Source of the DNA: Spirochaetota bacterium | GTDB taxonomy: Bacteria > Spirochaetota > UBA4802 > UBA5550 | Assembly (NCBI GenBank): GCA_963663865.1 | Contig: OY760686.1 | Location: 2,509,730 to 2,573,729 of the forward strand | DNA: 64,000 nucleotides | Reading direction: 5' to 3' | Shown: in pieces, positions 9,965 to 19,579 of the stretch | Numbering within the stretch: the first letter of the stretch is position 1 | How the letters are laid out: each line of letters begins with the position of its first letter | Program-made: the position numbers and the translations under genes | The notes under the pieces: generated by a model | Databases searched by the model: none | Seen by the model: the letters and a program-made list of their open reading frames with translations, nothing else | Told to the model about the DNA's origin: nothing

Positions 9965-10357
9965 TCACTCCGACGAATAATACAGGCTTCCGCCGGTTTC
10001 GAGGTCAGGCCTGAGCTTTCTCGCTTCATGCAGATAGAGTTGAACCAGTTCGCTCTGTTTTTTTTCGGTGTTTATATGCAGAAGAACCCTGATGCATTTT
10101 CTGAGGCTTCCCTTCACTGGAATCTCCCTGACACAGAAAAGAGGAGTGAATATCCATCCCATCTTTCTGGCAGCAACAGCCGGAAATTCATCATCGATGT
10201 CATCGGTAACCGAGAAGATTACTGAAGCTATATCCTCAACTTCAAAGGTATTTCTTTCGACAAGCCCCCTTAGAAGCTCCTCAGTCCTTTCAAGTATCTG
10301 GCCCTTTTCATTTTCAGTAACCGTTGTAGCGCCCCTTACTCCTCTTACTGCCATCAA
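9965..10357 (-). CDS. aroH: Chorismate mutase, AroH class
   Basis: The product reads MAVRGVRGATTV…, the hallmark N-terminus of monofunctional AroH chorismate mutases. It lies adjacent to aroA. Confidence 0.75.
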   Translation of the reverse strand: MMAVRGVRGATTVTENEKGQILERTEELLRGLVERNTFEVEDIASVIFSVTDDIDDEFPAVAARKMGWIFTPLFCVREIPVKGSLRKCIRVLLHINTEKKQSELVQLYLHEARKLRPDLETGGSLYYSSE

Positions 10358-11632
10358 TCAATCCTCCTGAAGTGTTATGCGCCCGCCGGCCGAATTCATC
10401 AGCTCCCTGAAGGTTGGGAAGGTGACGGCAACAGCCTCAGCAGTTGAAATCTCAACAGGCCCCTGAGCCGCCATTCCGGCAACAGCAAGCGACATGACTA
10501 TCCGGTGATCATGGTGTCCATCAACCAGGCCGCCTGACAGGGTGCTTCTCTTAATAATCAGCCCGTCGGGTCTCTCGGATATATCAGCTCCAAGCTTCGC
10601 AAGCTCCCTGCACATCACCGCGATGCGGTCTGTTTCCTTGAGCCTGGCCTGGGGAACATTTACCAGCCTTGTCTCACCTTCGGCGAAGCATGCCGCCACG
10701 GACAGAGCAGGAAGAGCGTCTGGTATTGCGTTCAGATCGAACTCGCCCCCCTTCAGTTCCCCGCCCTTTACGACGCAGGTTAGTCCGTCGACCTCAACCC
10801 GGGCGCCCATGGCACGCAGAATGTCCGCGACCTCCCTGTCTCCCTGTGAATCATTGAAGTCGAGTCCCCTGAGCATCAGCTCGCCGCCTGTCACAGCAGC
10901 GGCAACCATAAAGAATGTAGCCGAAGAGAAATCAGCAGCTATAGCCTCTTCAAACGCGCTGATCCTCTGAGAGCCCGGAATAATAAACTTTCTGTAATCG
11001 TGATTTTCATATTTAATTCCAAGTCGGTCGAGCCAGGAAAGAGTAATATCCACATAAGGCTTTTCGTTGAGCAATCCGACTTCAATTGATGAGTCACCGG
11101 TGGCAAAGGGCGAAGAAATAAGTATCGAAGAAAGATACTGACTCGTTACTGCCTCAACGCGCGCCCTGCCGCCTTTCATTTTGCCTGTAATCACAAACGG
11201 GGCCTTGCCGTTGCCTCTTGTAGATAAAGCTTCAGCTCCCAGCTCTCGAATAGCTTCAATCAGCCCGTCTGCAGGCCTGTTTCTGATCTGGTGATCTCCT
11301 GTAAAAACGGTCGTTCCATCAACAAGAGCCGCCATCGACATGCCGAAGTAGAGGCTCGTTCCCGAGTTCCCTGTATCAATCACATTATCGGGAACGGCCA
11401 CTGCGCCGCCGAGTCCCCTGACAGTCCAGCAACCGTCATGCTCAATAACCTCCGCTCCAAAAGCGCGGATCATATCCAGACAAGATCGGGTGTCGGATGA
11501 ATCCAGAGGCGACTTTATCCTGGACTCGCCAGATGCAAGGGCGGCAAGAACAAGTGCCCTTATGGTGTGCGATTTCGAGCCGGGTACTACAACAGTTCCA
11601 CCGGCCTCAGAAGCATTTGAAATATATCTCAT
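10358..11632 (-). CDS. aroA: 3-phosphoshikimate 1-carboxyvinyltransferase (EPSP synthase)
   Basis: The product reads …VVVPGSKSHTIRALVLAALASGESRI… and is 424 aa. This is the typical AroA signature. Confidence 0.9.
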   Translation of the reverse strand: MRYISNASEAGGTVVVPGSKSHTIRALVLAALASGESRIKSPLDSSDTRSCLDMIRAFGAEVIEHDGCWTVRGLGGAVAVPDNVIDTGNSGTSLYFGMSMAALVDGTTVFTGDHQIRNRPADGLIEAIRELGAEALSTRGNGKAPFVITGKMKGGRARVEAVTSQYLSSILISSPFATGDSSIEVGLLNEKPYVDITLSWLDRLGIKYENHDYRKFIIPGSQRISAFEEAIAADFSSATFFMVAAAVTGGELMLRGLDFNDSQGDREVADILRAMGARVEVDGLTCVVKGGELKGGEFDLNAIPDALPALSVAACFAEGETRLVNVPQARLKETDRIAVMCRELAKLGADISERPDGLIIKRSTLSGGLVDGHHDHRIVMSLAVAGMAAQGPVEISTAEAVAVTFPTFRELMNSAGGRITLQED

Positions 11633-12420
11633 TTTAGTCCTTTTGCAGTATCCGGTTTAAGTCTTCTAAAAACGCCGGCATAATATGGAACGGAAAGCTC
11701 TCCCCCGGCAAACGAGCACGATGAAGCAAGCCTATCCTTGTTTTCGCTCACGAATGCCTCTGCGGTTTTTTTAATTTCAGGCGTCAGTTCGGCGAAGAAA
11801 GCAATTTTTTCCGCGGCATTCTCCTTGAAAGACTCAACGTCATAGTTTACGAGCTTGAAGTCGTTGAGCTCAAGAATTGTCTGAAGCTCTTCGGGAAAAT
11901 AGTACTCGTTATGAATCGGAAACATTGAGCGCATATACTCATCGTATATACCGTCTTCATCGTCGCCGCTGAGCAGAGGGGAAGCGGCGATCAGTATTCC
12001 GTCAAACTGAAGCACCCTTCTCATCTCATCAATTGCCTCGCCGGATTCAATGAAGCTCAGATAGTCGGTTAAGATAATCATGTCAGCCTTGTAGTAATCG
12101 ACCGGTATCTTCTCGAATACACCGTTTATCCAATAGATAGAAGAATAACTTGCCCCGCTGTATTTATCAACAAAAGCCCTTATTGTGTCAATGCAGGGCT
12201 CGACAACGACAATTTCAGCATCTGTTTCAGCTGCCAGCTTTGCCAGAAGCTCCCCTGATCCGACACCTGTTTTTACTATAACTGCCGGCCCGTAAATGCT
12301 AACATTTTCCATGACTTTTTCTTCAAGGAATGGCCTGACCTGTGCCGGCTCAAGCATCATCCCCCGCCCAAAAGAGTTACGGCTTAACTGGCATATCGTT
12401 TCAGATCTGTCCATGATCAC
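11629..12420 (-). CDS. Class I SAM-dependent methyltransferase-like protein
   Basis: It has a Rossmann motif-I-like VIVKTGVGSGELLAKLA followed by acidic motif II. The substrate is unknown. Confidence 0.45.
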   Translation of the reverse strand: MIMDRSETICQLSRNSFGRGMMLEPAQVRPFLEEKVMENVSIYGPAVIVKTGVGSGELLAKLAAETDAEIVVVEPCIDTIRAFVDKYSGASYSSIYWINGVFEKIPVDYYKADMIILTDYLSFIESGEAIDEMRRVLQFDGILIAASPLLSGDDEDGIYDEYMRSMFPIHNEYYFPEELQTILELNDFKLVNYDVESFKENAAEKIAFFAELTPEIKKTAEAFVSENKDRLASSCSFAGGELSVPYYAGVFRRLKPDTAKGLK

Positions 12421-12714
12421 CTCGCGTTTAACTGCACTTCTTCACAGGTTTGCAGCCAGCCGGATTAAATCCGACGGCTATTCAGGTCAGGAATTTTTCG
12501 GCTTGATGTCAAGGGTTTAATAAATCGGCAGACCATTTTTTCAAGAATAATACCCGTGCCTGAGAAATATTATTGACACCACAATGTTTCAGTTGAGAAT
12601 TTCCAGAAGCGGGTATTATGTCTAATTCCAGGCTCCTATAGCACAAGTTTCCTGCACACCGATAGTTCAATTTCCGTTATTAGGCAGAAACCGCACCAGA
12701 TCAGAGGTAAAAGA

Positions 12715-13980
12715 ATGAATATATTTCAACAGGCCCAGAAGGGCATAATGAGCGATGACGTGAAAACCGCAGCTTCAGGTGAAGGACTGGACGAACAGCT
12801 CCTTTTAAAAGAGTTTGCCGCGGGGCGTGTCGCAATATTCAGAAACACTCAGAGGACAATTAAGCCGGTTGCCGTCGGCAATGGAACAACAACCAAGGTT
12901 AACGCGAACATCGGCACATCCCCTGATTTCTTCAAGCTTGAAACAGAGATGGAGAAGCTGAGAATTGCCGTCAGGTACGGCGCTGACGCGATTATGGACC
13001 TCAGCACCGGCGGCAACGTTACAGACTTCAGGCGTAAAATCATTGAAGAATCTCCGGTACCGGTAGGCACTGTGCCGCTCTACGAAGTTGCCAAGGACAT
13101 GATGGACATGAAGAAGTCCATTATGGACATGACCATCAAGGACTTTCTGAACATAGTAGAGAGGCAGGCAAAGGAAGGAGTCGACTTCATGACCATTCAC
13201 TCTGGCGTGACGCGCGCTTCCATTGAATCACTCCGTTCGCAGCACCGTCTCGTGGGAATTACCAGCCGGGGCGGCTCCATTATCGCCGAGTGGATAAAAA
13301 AGAACCACAGCGAGAATCCGCTTTACGAATACTACGACGACATACTGGACATTATGGCCGAATACAACGTGGCTATCAGCCTCGGTGACGGACTCAGGCC
13401 AGGAGGCATACACGATGCCAATGACCGGGGACAGATACATGAAATGGTTGAGCTCGGAAGGCTCGCCCGCCGGGCAAGGGAAAAAGGGGTGCAGGCCATT
13501 ATAGAGGGTCCGGGCCACATGCCCCTTGACACAATTGAAGCTAACATGAAGATTCAGAAAACCCTGTGTGACGGCGCCCCCTACTATGTTCTCGGCCCGC
13601 TTGTAACAGACATAGCTCCGGGTTACGACCACATTACCGGAGCAATCGGAGGAGCCATTGCTGCCGCAAGCGGCGCCGACTTCCTCTGTTACGTCACTCC
13701 GGCCGAGCATCTGAAACTCCCCTCTCCTGACGATGTCCGGGAAGGTGTAATTGCCTCAAAAATAGCGGCCCACGCAGCCGATATTGTAAAAATGGGAAGC
13801 AGAGCCAGAAAAATTGACGATGAGATGAGTGAAGCCCGGAGAAAGAGAGACTGGGACACGATGTTCAAGCTCGCGATTGACCCCGATAAAGCTAAAAGGT
13901 ACAGGGAAGACGTTCCCTCAGTGGACAACGATCAATGTTCAATGTGCGGAGAGTTCTGCGCCATGAAAAGGGACTATTAG
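12715..13980 (+). CDS. thiC: Phosphomethylpyrimidine synthase ThiC
   Basis: The product reads …EGPGHMPLDTIEANMKIQKTLCDGAPYYVLGPLVTDIAPGYDHITGAIGGA…CSMCGEFCAMK. This is the ThiC radical-SAM C-terminal CxxCxxxxC. Confidence 0.95.
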   Translation: MNIFQQAQKGIMSDDVKTAASGEGLDEQLLLKEFAAGRVAIFRNTQRTIKPVAVGNGTTTKVNANIGTSPDFFKLETEMEKLRIAVRYGADAIMDLSTGGNVTDFRRKIIEESPVPVGTVPLYEVAKDMMDMKKSIMDMTIKDFLNIVERQAKEGVDFMTIHSGVTRASIESLRSQHRLVGITSRGGSIIAEWIKKNHSENPLYEYYDDILDIMAEYNVAISLGDGLRPGGIHDANDRGQIHEMVELGRLARRAREKGVQAIIEGPGHMPLDTIEANMKIQKTLCDGAPYYVLGPLVTDIAPGYDHITGAIGGAIAAASGADFLCYVTPAEHLKLPSPDDVREGVIASKIAAHAADIVKMGSRARKIDDEMSEARRKRDWDTMFKLAIDPDKAKRYREDVPSVDNDQCSMCGEFCAMKRDY

Positions 13981-13989
13981 GAGGATTAG

Positions 13990-14817
13990 ATGTCCAGCGA
14001 TTCACATTACTACAGTTCGTACAAGGAAGACAGAGACCTTGTTCTTGAGTACAACCAGGTCTCGCTTGAAGACGGAGAGCCGGTAAACGTGCTGGGTGTC
14101 AACATTGACAATCTGACAAGGGAACAGGCTGTTGTCAAAGTCATACGCATGATTGAAAACGGGGGAGTAAACCACATCGTTCCGGTAAATCCCTATAAAA
14201 TCGAAAGAATGAAGACCCGTCAGGAGATGAGAAACCTGTTCTCCGGCGCGGACATGATAATTCCCAGCGGAGCTGGCGTGGTATGGGCGGCAAAGAAAAT
14301 CAAAACCCCTCTGAAGCAGAGAATCCCCATACTCAGCTTTATGATGGACATTATCCGTATCGCTGAAATCAAGGGCTTTTCCATCTTCATTGTTGGCGGC
14401 AAACCGGAAACTGCCGAGATGGCCTTCTTCAACATCAGAAAATCGTTTCCGAAAATACGAATCGTAGGCAGGCACGGCGGATATTTCAGCCCTGAACGGG
14501 AAAAGGCGGTCGTGGAAGCTATGAGAAAATCGGAAGCAAATATCGTCTTCGTAGGCATGGGTTTTCCAAAAGAAAACAGATGGATTGAAAAGATAAAGGG
14601 AGAATTTCAGAATACAGTCTTCGTCGGCGTTGGCGGATGTATTGACATTATTTCAGGCGACATCAAGAAAGCGCCCGCCTGTGCGATGGCAACGGGCACA
14701 GACTGGCTTTACAGAACCGCAGTCAGGCCTTGGCGTATCGGGCGTCTTATGCGAATTTTCAAATTCTATGTTCACGCTTTCTTCAAAGGCCTGTTTACGC
14801 GAACTCACGGGAAATAG
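13990..14817 (+). CDS. WecB/TagA/CpsF-family glycosyltransferase (GT26)
   Basis: The 275-aa product has the …IVPVNPYKI…ADMIIPSGAGVVWAAK…IFIVGGKPE…IVFVGMGFPKENRWI… pattern of GT26. It starts 9 nt after the thiC stop behind a GGAGG RBS. Confidence 0.75.
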   Translation: MSSDSHYYSSYKEDRDLVLEYNQVSLEDGEPVNVLGVNIDNLTREQAVVKVIRMIENGGVNHIVPVNPYKIERMKTRQEMRNLFSGADMIIPSGAGVVWAAKKIKTPLKQRIPILSFMMDIIRIAEIKGFSIFIVGGKPETAEMAFFNIRKSFPKIRIVGRHGGYFSPEREKAVVEAMRKSEANIVFVGMGFPKENRWIEKIKGEFQNTVFVGVGGCIDIISGDIKKAPACAMATGTDWLYRTAVRPWRIGRLMRIFKFYVHAFFKGLFTRTHGK

Positions 14818-14819
14818 GC

Positions 14820-15038
14820 CTATTTCTCGTACCGGTTTTTAAGCGCCCGCGTATCGCGGGCATCCATCAGCTCACCAGAGCTCACCTTACAGCGGCCAAG
14901 CGTAAAGCCGGCTACCTCTTCCGTGTATCCGCAGCTTCTACATTTAAATATCGGATTCCCAGCTTCGGTCCATTCAGAAGCATCCACGTACCTCGAACTG
15001 CATCTCCTGCAAAATATCACCGACACGAATTCACTCAT
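14820..15038 (-). CDS. Small zinc-ribbon protein (CxxC…CxxC)
   Basis: The 72-aa product carries CRRC…CRSC. No other domain was seen. Confidence 0.35.
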   Translation of the reverse strand: MSEFVSVIFCRRCSSRYVDASEWTEAGNPIFKCRSCGYTEEVAGFTLGRCKVSSGELMDARDTRALKNRYEK

Positions 15039-15064
15039 ATTACTCTCTCTTTCTGGATTTACTG

Positions 15065-16381
15065 TTATTGGACCAGCTTGACCGCAGCAACTGCCAGGTC
15101 TTCTCTGACCGCCAGTCCCTCCGCGAAATCTTCAGCCGCTTTCAAAAGCGCGCCTGCCCCTTCTTCAACTGACTGAACCTGTTGCGCCAGAGCGCTCAGC
15201 AGGACATCTTTAGACAGCTTTCTTCCTGACCTGTTGCGTATGTTAAACACACCGCCGGTAACCGCCGCCAGACAGTCTCCGGGCTTCATCTTTACGGTTA
15301 TTACACGGCCATATCCCGGCTCTTCGGGTCCGGACTGGAAAACCATCTTGGCCTCATTGCCAATTCTCTTCAGTATTACACATACATTGCCGGCCGTAAC
15401 AAACGATACTGACTGCGTGCCGCCATCAATGAAACCGTAAACCCCTGATAAGGCTGCTGCCCCCGGGAGTTGAATCATTGTTTTTCTGAGAAGCTGAAAA
15501 ATCCTGGAAGGCGCCCCAAGAGGAACTATCGGCAGCGAAGATAATGCTCCGCGTATACTGGATGCGGCCAGGGCCCCGGGAATGCCTTTTCTTGAGACGT
15601 CGCCAATGTAAAAATACGCGACCTCCTCACTGATTTCCATTCCGCCATGCAGTACGCCTCCCAGCTCACGCGCGGGCTTTGAAAGCGTAAACGCGGACAA
15701 TCCGCCCGCACGTACTGATACGCTCCTGCCGAAGACCTCGTTGACAGCAACTGCTCCTTCGACCTCGGCCTTTAAGCGTTCCTCCTCAATCGCTTTCTGA
15801 AAATAGACTGCGTTTTGTACTGCCAGTGCGGCCTGATCCGCGAATATGCTGAACACGGCGCTGTCAGAAGCGGCAAAGCCTTCTCTGTCTGCGGCATTTA
15901 TTGCCTGTATAACACCGAGAAGTTTACCCTTATGCAACAGGGGAGCGCACATAATCGATTTTGTGACAAATCCGGTTGCCCGGTCATAATTTGGATCAAA
16001 TCGGTCATCTGAATAGACATCGTTTACAATGAGGCTTTTCCCGCTCTTCGCGACATGGCCCGCGATGCCCTGCCCCATTCTAACCCGGTACTTTTCAGTC
16101 AACTCCTCACCGGCCCCTCCCAGAGCAACCTTAAAGACAAGATCGTCTGAAGATTCGTCGTAAAGCAGAAGAGTGCTTGCCTCAGCTTTAACGATCTCCT
16201 TAATTATCTCCATGATAATGTTCAGAAGCTTTTTTATATCGAGTGTTGAGTTGATAATCGTGTTTATTTCGACAAGCCTGGCAAGGCTTTCTGTCTGATC
16301 ATTGCCCCAGGTGTTTTCCAAAATCTGTGAAGTATCCATTTCCCCTTCCGGCGCGGCAATCACCCGCCTGCAGAATTTCAT
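15065..16381 (-). CDS. GAF-domain sensor fused to a PP2C/SpoIIE-type serine phosphatase (RsbU-like)
   Basis: The N-terminus is GAF-like (…ASTLLLYDESSDDLVFKVALGG…). The C-terminus is PPM-type (…YFYIGDVSRKGIPGALAAS…GDCLAAVTGGVFN…). Confidence 0.65.
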   Translation of the reverse strand: MKFCRRVIAAPEGEMDTSQILENTWGNDQTESLARLVEINTIINSTLDIKKLLNIIMEIIKEIVKAEASTLLLYDESSDDLVFKVALGGAGEELTEKYRVRMGQGIAGHVAKSGKSLIVNDVYSDDRFDPNYDRATGFVTKSIMCAPLLHKGKLLGVIQAINAADREGFAASDSAVFSIFADQAALAVQNAVYFQKAIEEERLKAEVEGAVAVNEVFGRSVSVRAGGLSAFTLSKPARELGGVLHGGMEISEEVAYFYIGDVSRKGIPGALAASSIRGALSSLPIVPLGAPSRIFQLLRKTMIQLPGAAALSGVYGFIDGGTQSVSFVTAGNVCVILKRIGNEAKMVFQSGPEEPGYGRVITVKMKPGDCLAAVTGGVFNIRNRSGRKLSKDVLLSALAQQVQSVEEGAGALLKAAEDFAEGLAVREDLAVAAVKLVQ

Positions 16382-16588
16382 CTCTCTGTTCCTGACAGCG
16401 ACAGCTGTCCGTCCCCAAATTAGGCCGCCCCCGTACCGGGGGTTGCATCATTTCATCAAAGTATATTAAAACGATAAATCCCCATAGTGAATCAGAAGAG
16501 TCTGAAGCTGTAAAGAAAAAAAAAGAATATTGTAAGCCCGATCAGGCCGCCTTTTTATGTTGACACAGCTGCCGCTGGATTCTTCAAT

Positions 16589-17308
16589 ATGGTCATGGCA
16601 AAGAGAGTTTCAATAATACAGTCAAACTACATTCCCTGGAAGGGTTATTTCGATATTATAAATTCATCCGACATATTCATTATTTACGACGACGCCCAGT
16701 ACACCCGCAGGGACTGGAGAAACCGCAACATCATTAAGACCCCGCGCGGGAGGGAGTGGCTCACTGTTCCGGTTGAGACAAAGGGATTCTACACGGCTCC
16801 GATAAATACGATAAGAGCTGCCGGCAAAGAATGGGCTGAAAAGCACTGGAAAACCATTAAGCGCAACTACTCGAAAACCAGATACTTCTCAAACTACAGC
16901 GGTCTTTTCGAATCCATCTACTCATCACTGGAAGATTATGAATATCTCACCGACATAAATATCAGGCTGATTAAAGCAGTCAGCTCAATCACTGGAATTA
17001 AAACTGAGATTAAGGATTCAAGGGATTTCAACCTTAGCGGCGACAGCAACGGCAGGCTTATCTCTATGTGCCTTGAATCCGGAGCCGACGAGTACATTTC
17101 CGGCCCGTCTGCAGCGGCATATATTGACGAAAACAGATTCCGGGAAGCAGGGATTACGCTGAGGTGGATGGACTACAGCGGGTATCCGGAATATCCGCAG
17201 CTCTATCCTCCATTCGATCACTGCGTTAGTATTCTTGATCTCATGTTCAACACGGGAGATGAGGCTCCCCTCTACATGAAATCCTTCGGGGAAGAGGCTT
17301 CCGCATGA
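16589..17308 (+). CDS. WbqC-like family protein (associated with polysaccharide clusters)
   Basis: The product reads …SIIQSNYIPWKGYFDII…DDAQYTRRDWRNRN…, the characteristic WbqC N-terminus. Confidence 0.7.
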   Translation: MVMAKRVSIIQSNYIPWKGYFDIINSSDIFIIYDDAQYTRRDWRNRNIIKTPRGREWLTVPVETKGFYTAPINTIRAAGKEWAEKHWKTIKRNYSKTRYFSNYSGLFESIYSSLEDYEYLTDINIRLIKAVSSITGIKTEIKDSRDFNLSGDSNGRLISMCLESGADEYISGPSAAAYIDENRFREAGITLRWMDYSGYPEYPQLYPPFDHCVSILDLMFNTGDEAPLYMKSFGEEASA

Positions 17309-18858
17309 AAGTATCCATTGTCACGTCGCTTTACCGTTCTCAGGACTACGTAAATGAGTTTTGCGCCCGGTGCAGAAAGTCCGCAGAAAGAATAGCAGAC
17401 GACTTTGAAATCATCCTTGTAAATGATTGCTCTCCTGACAATTCACTTGAGAAAGCCCTCGCCTGTGCCGAGACCGACAGCCGCATCACCGTCATTGATC
17501 TTGCGAGAAACTTCGGACAGCACAGAGCAATAATGACAGGTATTGCTCACAGCAGCGGCGACTACGTTTTCATTGCAGACTCAGACCTTGAAGAAGACCC
17601 TGCCCTTCTCGAAAGGTTTTACACCGTAATGATCTCAGAAAACGACACGGATGTCGTCTACGGTGTGCAAACAGTAAGGAAGGGAGGCCTGATTGAACGT
17701 CTCAGCGGCAGCATCTTTTACAGGGTTTTCAACTTCCTCTCTGAGGTCAAAATCCCGGCAAATCAGATTACGGCAAGGCTCATGACACGCCGTTACGCCG
17801 ACGCGCTTATTCAGCACAGGGAAAGAGAGCTGTTCATGGCCGGCATCTGGGCGCTGACGGGGTTCAGGCAGGTTGCGGTTCCTGTTCGAAAGAGATCATC
17901 AAGCCCGACTTCATACACACTGAAGAAGAAGATATCCCTTCTTATTAATTCCCTGACATCATTCAGCAGCAGGCCTCTGCTTGCGGCATCCTATATCGGA
18001 TTTGTTATTACAGTTTCCGCCTTCGCCGGCATAATAAAGCTCGTATACGACAGACTGGCGCACGGCACGGCTATCGAGGGATGGACATCGATTTTTGTCT
18101 CCATCTGGTTCGCCTGCGGACTCATAGTTTTCTTTGTCGGGCTGATAGGGCTCTACGTGTCGAGAATGTTTACTGAAACAAAAAAAAGGCCCTACACTGT
18201 CATCAAGCAGATTCACAGCTTCCCCTGCCGTTTCAGCAGGGACAGGATCAAAAACACTGTTTCAGAATACTACAGCAGCCTCGTGAAAACTCACGGCGCC
18301 ACTCCGAAGGGCGCGGACTGGAATTCGAGCGAGTCTCAAACGCTTCGCTTCAGACAGCTTATGAATGCTGTGGAAAACGGCAAGCCGTTCAGCATCAACG
18401 AGTTAGGCTGCGGCTATGGCGCTCTGCCCGCCTGGATGAAGGATAACGGGTTCCGTTTCAGATATACCGGTTACGACATTTCTTCAGAGATGATCAGCGA
18501 GGCCAAAAAACTCCACTCAAAAGGCAGGAACATTTCATTCGTTAAGTCAGACCGCATGAAATCCGCGGACTACACGGTGGCAAGCGGAATATTCAATGTC
18601 CGCCCCGGGATTTCCGAAAGGGAATGGGAGGCCTATGTCCAGGATACCATCAGAATGATGGACAGATCATCGGTCAAGGCATTTGCCTTTAACGCTCTGA
18701 CCTCATATTCCGATTCACACCTCATGAGGGACGACCTCTACTACGCTGACCCTCTGAAGCTATTTGACTTCTGCAAAAGAAATTTTTCAAAAAACGTATC
18801 CCTTCACCACGATTACGGGCTGTACGAATTCACAATTATCGTCAGAAAGGATATATGA
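17305..18858 (+). CDS. Fusion protein: GT2 bactoprenol-type glycosyltransferase (GtrB/ArnC-like, 2 TM helices) plus a C-terminal SAM-dependent methyltransferase
   Basis: The N-terminus is KVSIVTSLYRS…ILVNDCSPDNS…DSDLEE (GT2 DxD). Two TM helices lie around residues 230-290. The C-terminus reads …INELGCGYGALPAW…GYDISSEMI… (methyltransferase motif I). The start overlaps the upstream gene as ATGA. Confidence 0.7.
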   Translation: MKVSIVTSLYRSQDYVNEFCARCRKSAERIADDFEIILVNDCSPDNSLEKALACAETDSRITVIDLARNFGQHRAIMTGIAHSSGDYVFIADSDLEEDPALLERFYTVMISENDTDVVYGVQTVRKGGLIERLSGSIFYRVFNFLSEVKIPANQITARLMTRRYADALIQHRERELFMAGIWALTGFRQVAVPVRKRSSSPTSYTLKKKISLLINSLTSFSSRPLLAASYIGFVITVSAFAGIIKLVYDRLAHGTAIEGWTSIFVSIWFACGLIVFFVGLIGLYVSRMFTETKKRPYTVIKQIHSFPCRFSRDRIKNTVSEYYSSLVKTHGATPKGADWNSSESQTLRFRQLMNAVENGKPFSINELGCGYGALPAWMKDNGFRFRYTGYDISSEMISEAKKLHSKGRNISFVKSDRMKSADYTVASGIFNVRPGISEREWEAYVQDTIRMMDRSSVKAFAFNALTSYSDSHLMRDDLYYADPLKLFDFCKRNFSKNVSLHHDYGLYEFTIIVRKDI

Positions 18859-19535
18859 CACAACAGGAGAGAATTATGAAAAAGCTGATAATATTCGGAA
18901 CAGGCGACATCGCGCAGATAGCCCATCTATACTTTTCTGAAAGCGGAGAATACAGCGTAGAAGCGTTTACTGTTGACAGAGACTTCATTAAGGCAGACAG
19001 CTTCTGCGGACTCCCTGTTCACGCCTTCGAAGATATCCGGAAGGATTTCAGCCCTGATGAATACGAGCTTTTCGTCGCTGTCAGCTACGCGGGCCTCAAC
19101 CGCGTTAGGGCGTCAAAATACGAAGCAGGAAAGGCCATGGGATACCGCTTCGCAAGCTACATCAGCCCGGCCGCCAGCATCGCATCAAACGCCGAAATAG
19201 GAGAAAACTGCTTTATATTCGAAGACAACACGGTTCAACCCTTTGTAAAAATCGGCAATAATGTAACACTGTGGAGCGGCAACCACATAGGCCACCACTC
19301 CACCGTCGGAGACAGCTGCTTTATTACGTCCCATGTGGTTATATCGGGCGGTGTACATGTTGGAGATTTTTCCTTCATCGGAGTAAACGCGACTCTGAGG
19401 GATCACATAAAAATTGGGATGAGCTGCGTAATAGGAGCCGGAGCCATCATTATGAACAATACCGATGACGAAAGTGTCTACGTGCCTGAGAGGACGAAGC
19501 CCCGGAACATGAAGAGCAGCGAACTGCGTCTTTAA
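18855..19535 (+). CDS. NeuD/PglD/VioB-family sugar acyltransferase (left-handed beta-helix)
   Basis: An N-terminal Rossmann-like KKLIIFGTGDIAQ is followed by hexapeptide repeats (…IGNNVTLWSGNHIGHHSTVGDSCFITSHVVISGGVHVGDFSFIGVNA…). Confidence 0.75.
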   Translation: MTQQERIMKKLIIFGTGDIAQIAHLYFSESGEYSVEAFTVDRDFIKADSFCGLPVHAFEDIRKDFSPDEYELFVAVSYAGLNRVRASKYEAGKAMGYRFASYISPAASIASNAEIGENCFIFEDNTVQPFVKIGNNVTLWSGNHIGHHSTVGDSCFITSHVVISGGVHVGDFSFIGVNATLRDHIKIGMSCVIGAGAIIMNNTDDESVYVPERTKPRNMKSSELRL

Positions 19536-19579
19536 CAGAAATTTTTCTTATATAGACCGTCTGAAAAGGGAGCGCCCGA

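Noticed and set aside
16421-16445. CCCCCG-TAC-CGGGGG hairpin and GACAGCTGTC palindrome in the 16382..16588 intergenic region
   Set aside because: They are short, and there is no T-run or recurrence. They may be incidental secondary structure in a 5' UTR, so they were not promoted to a finding.
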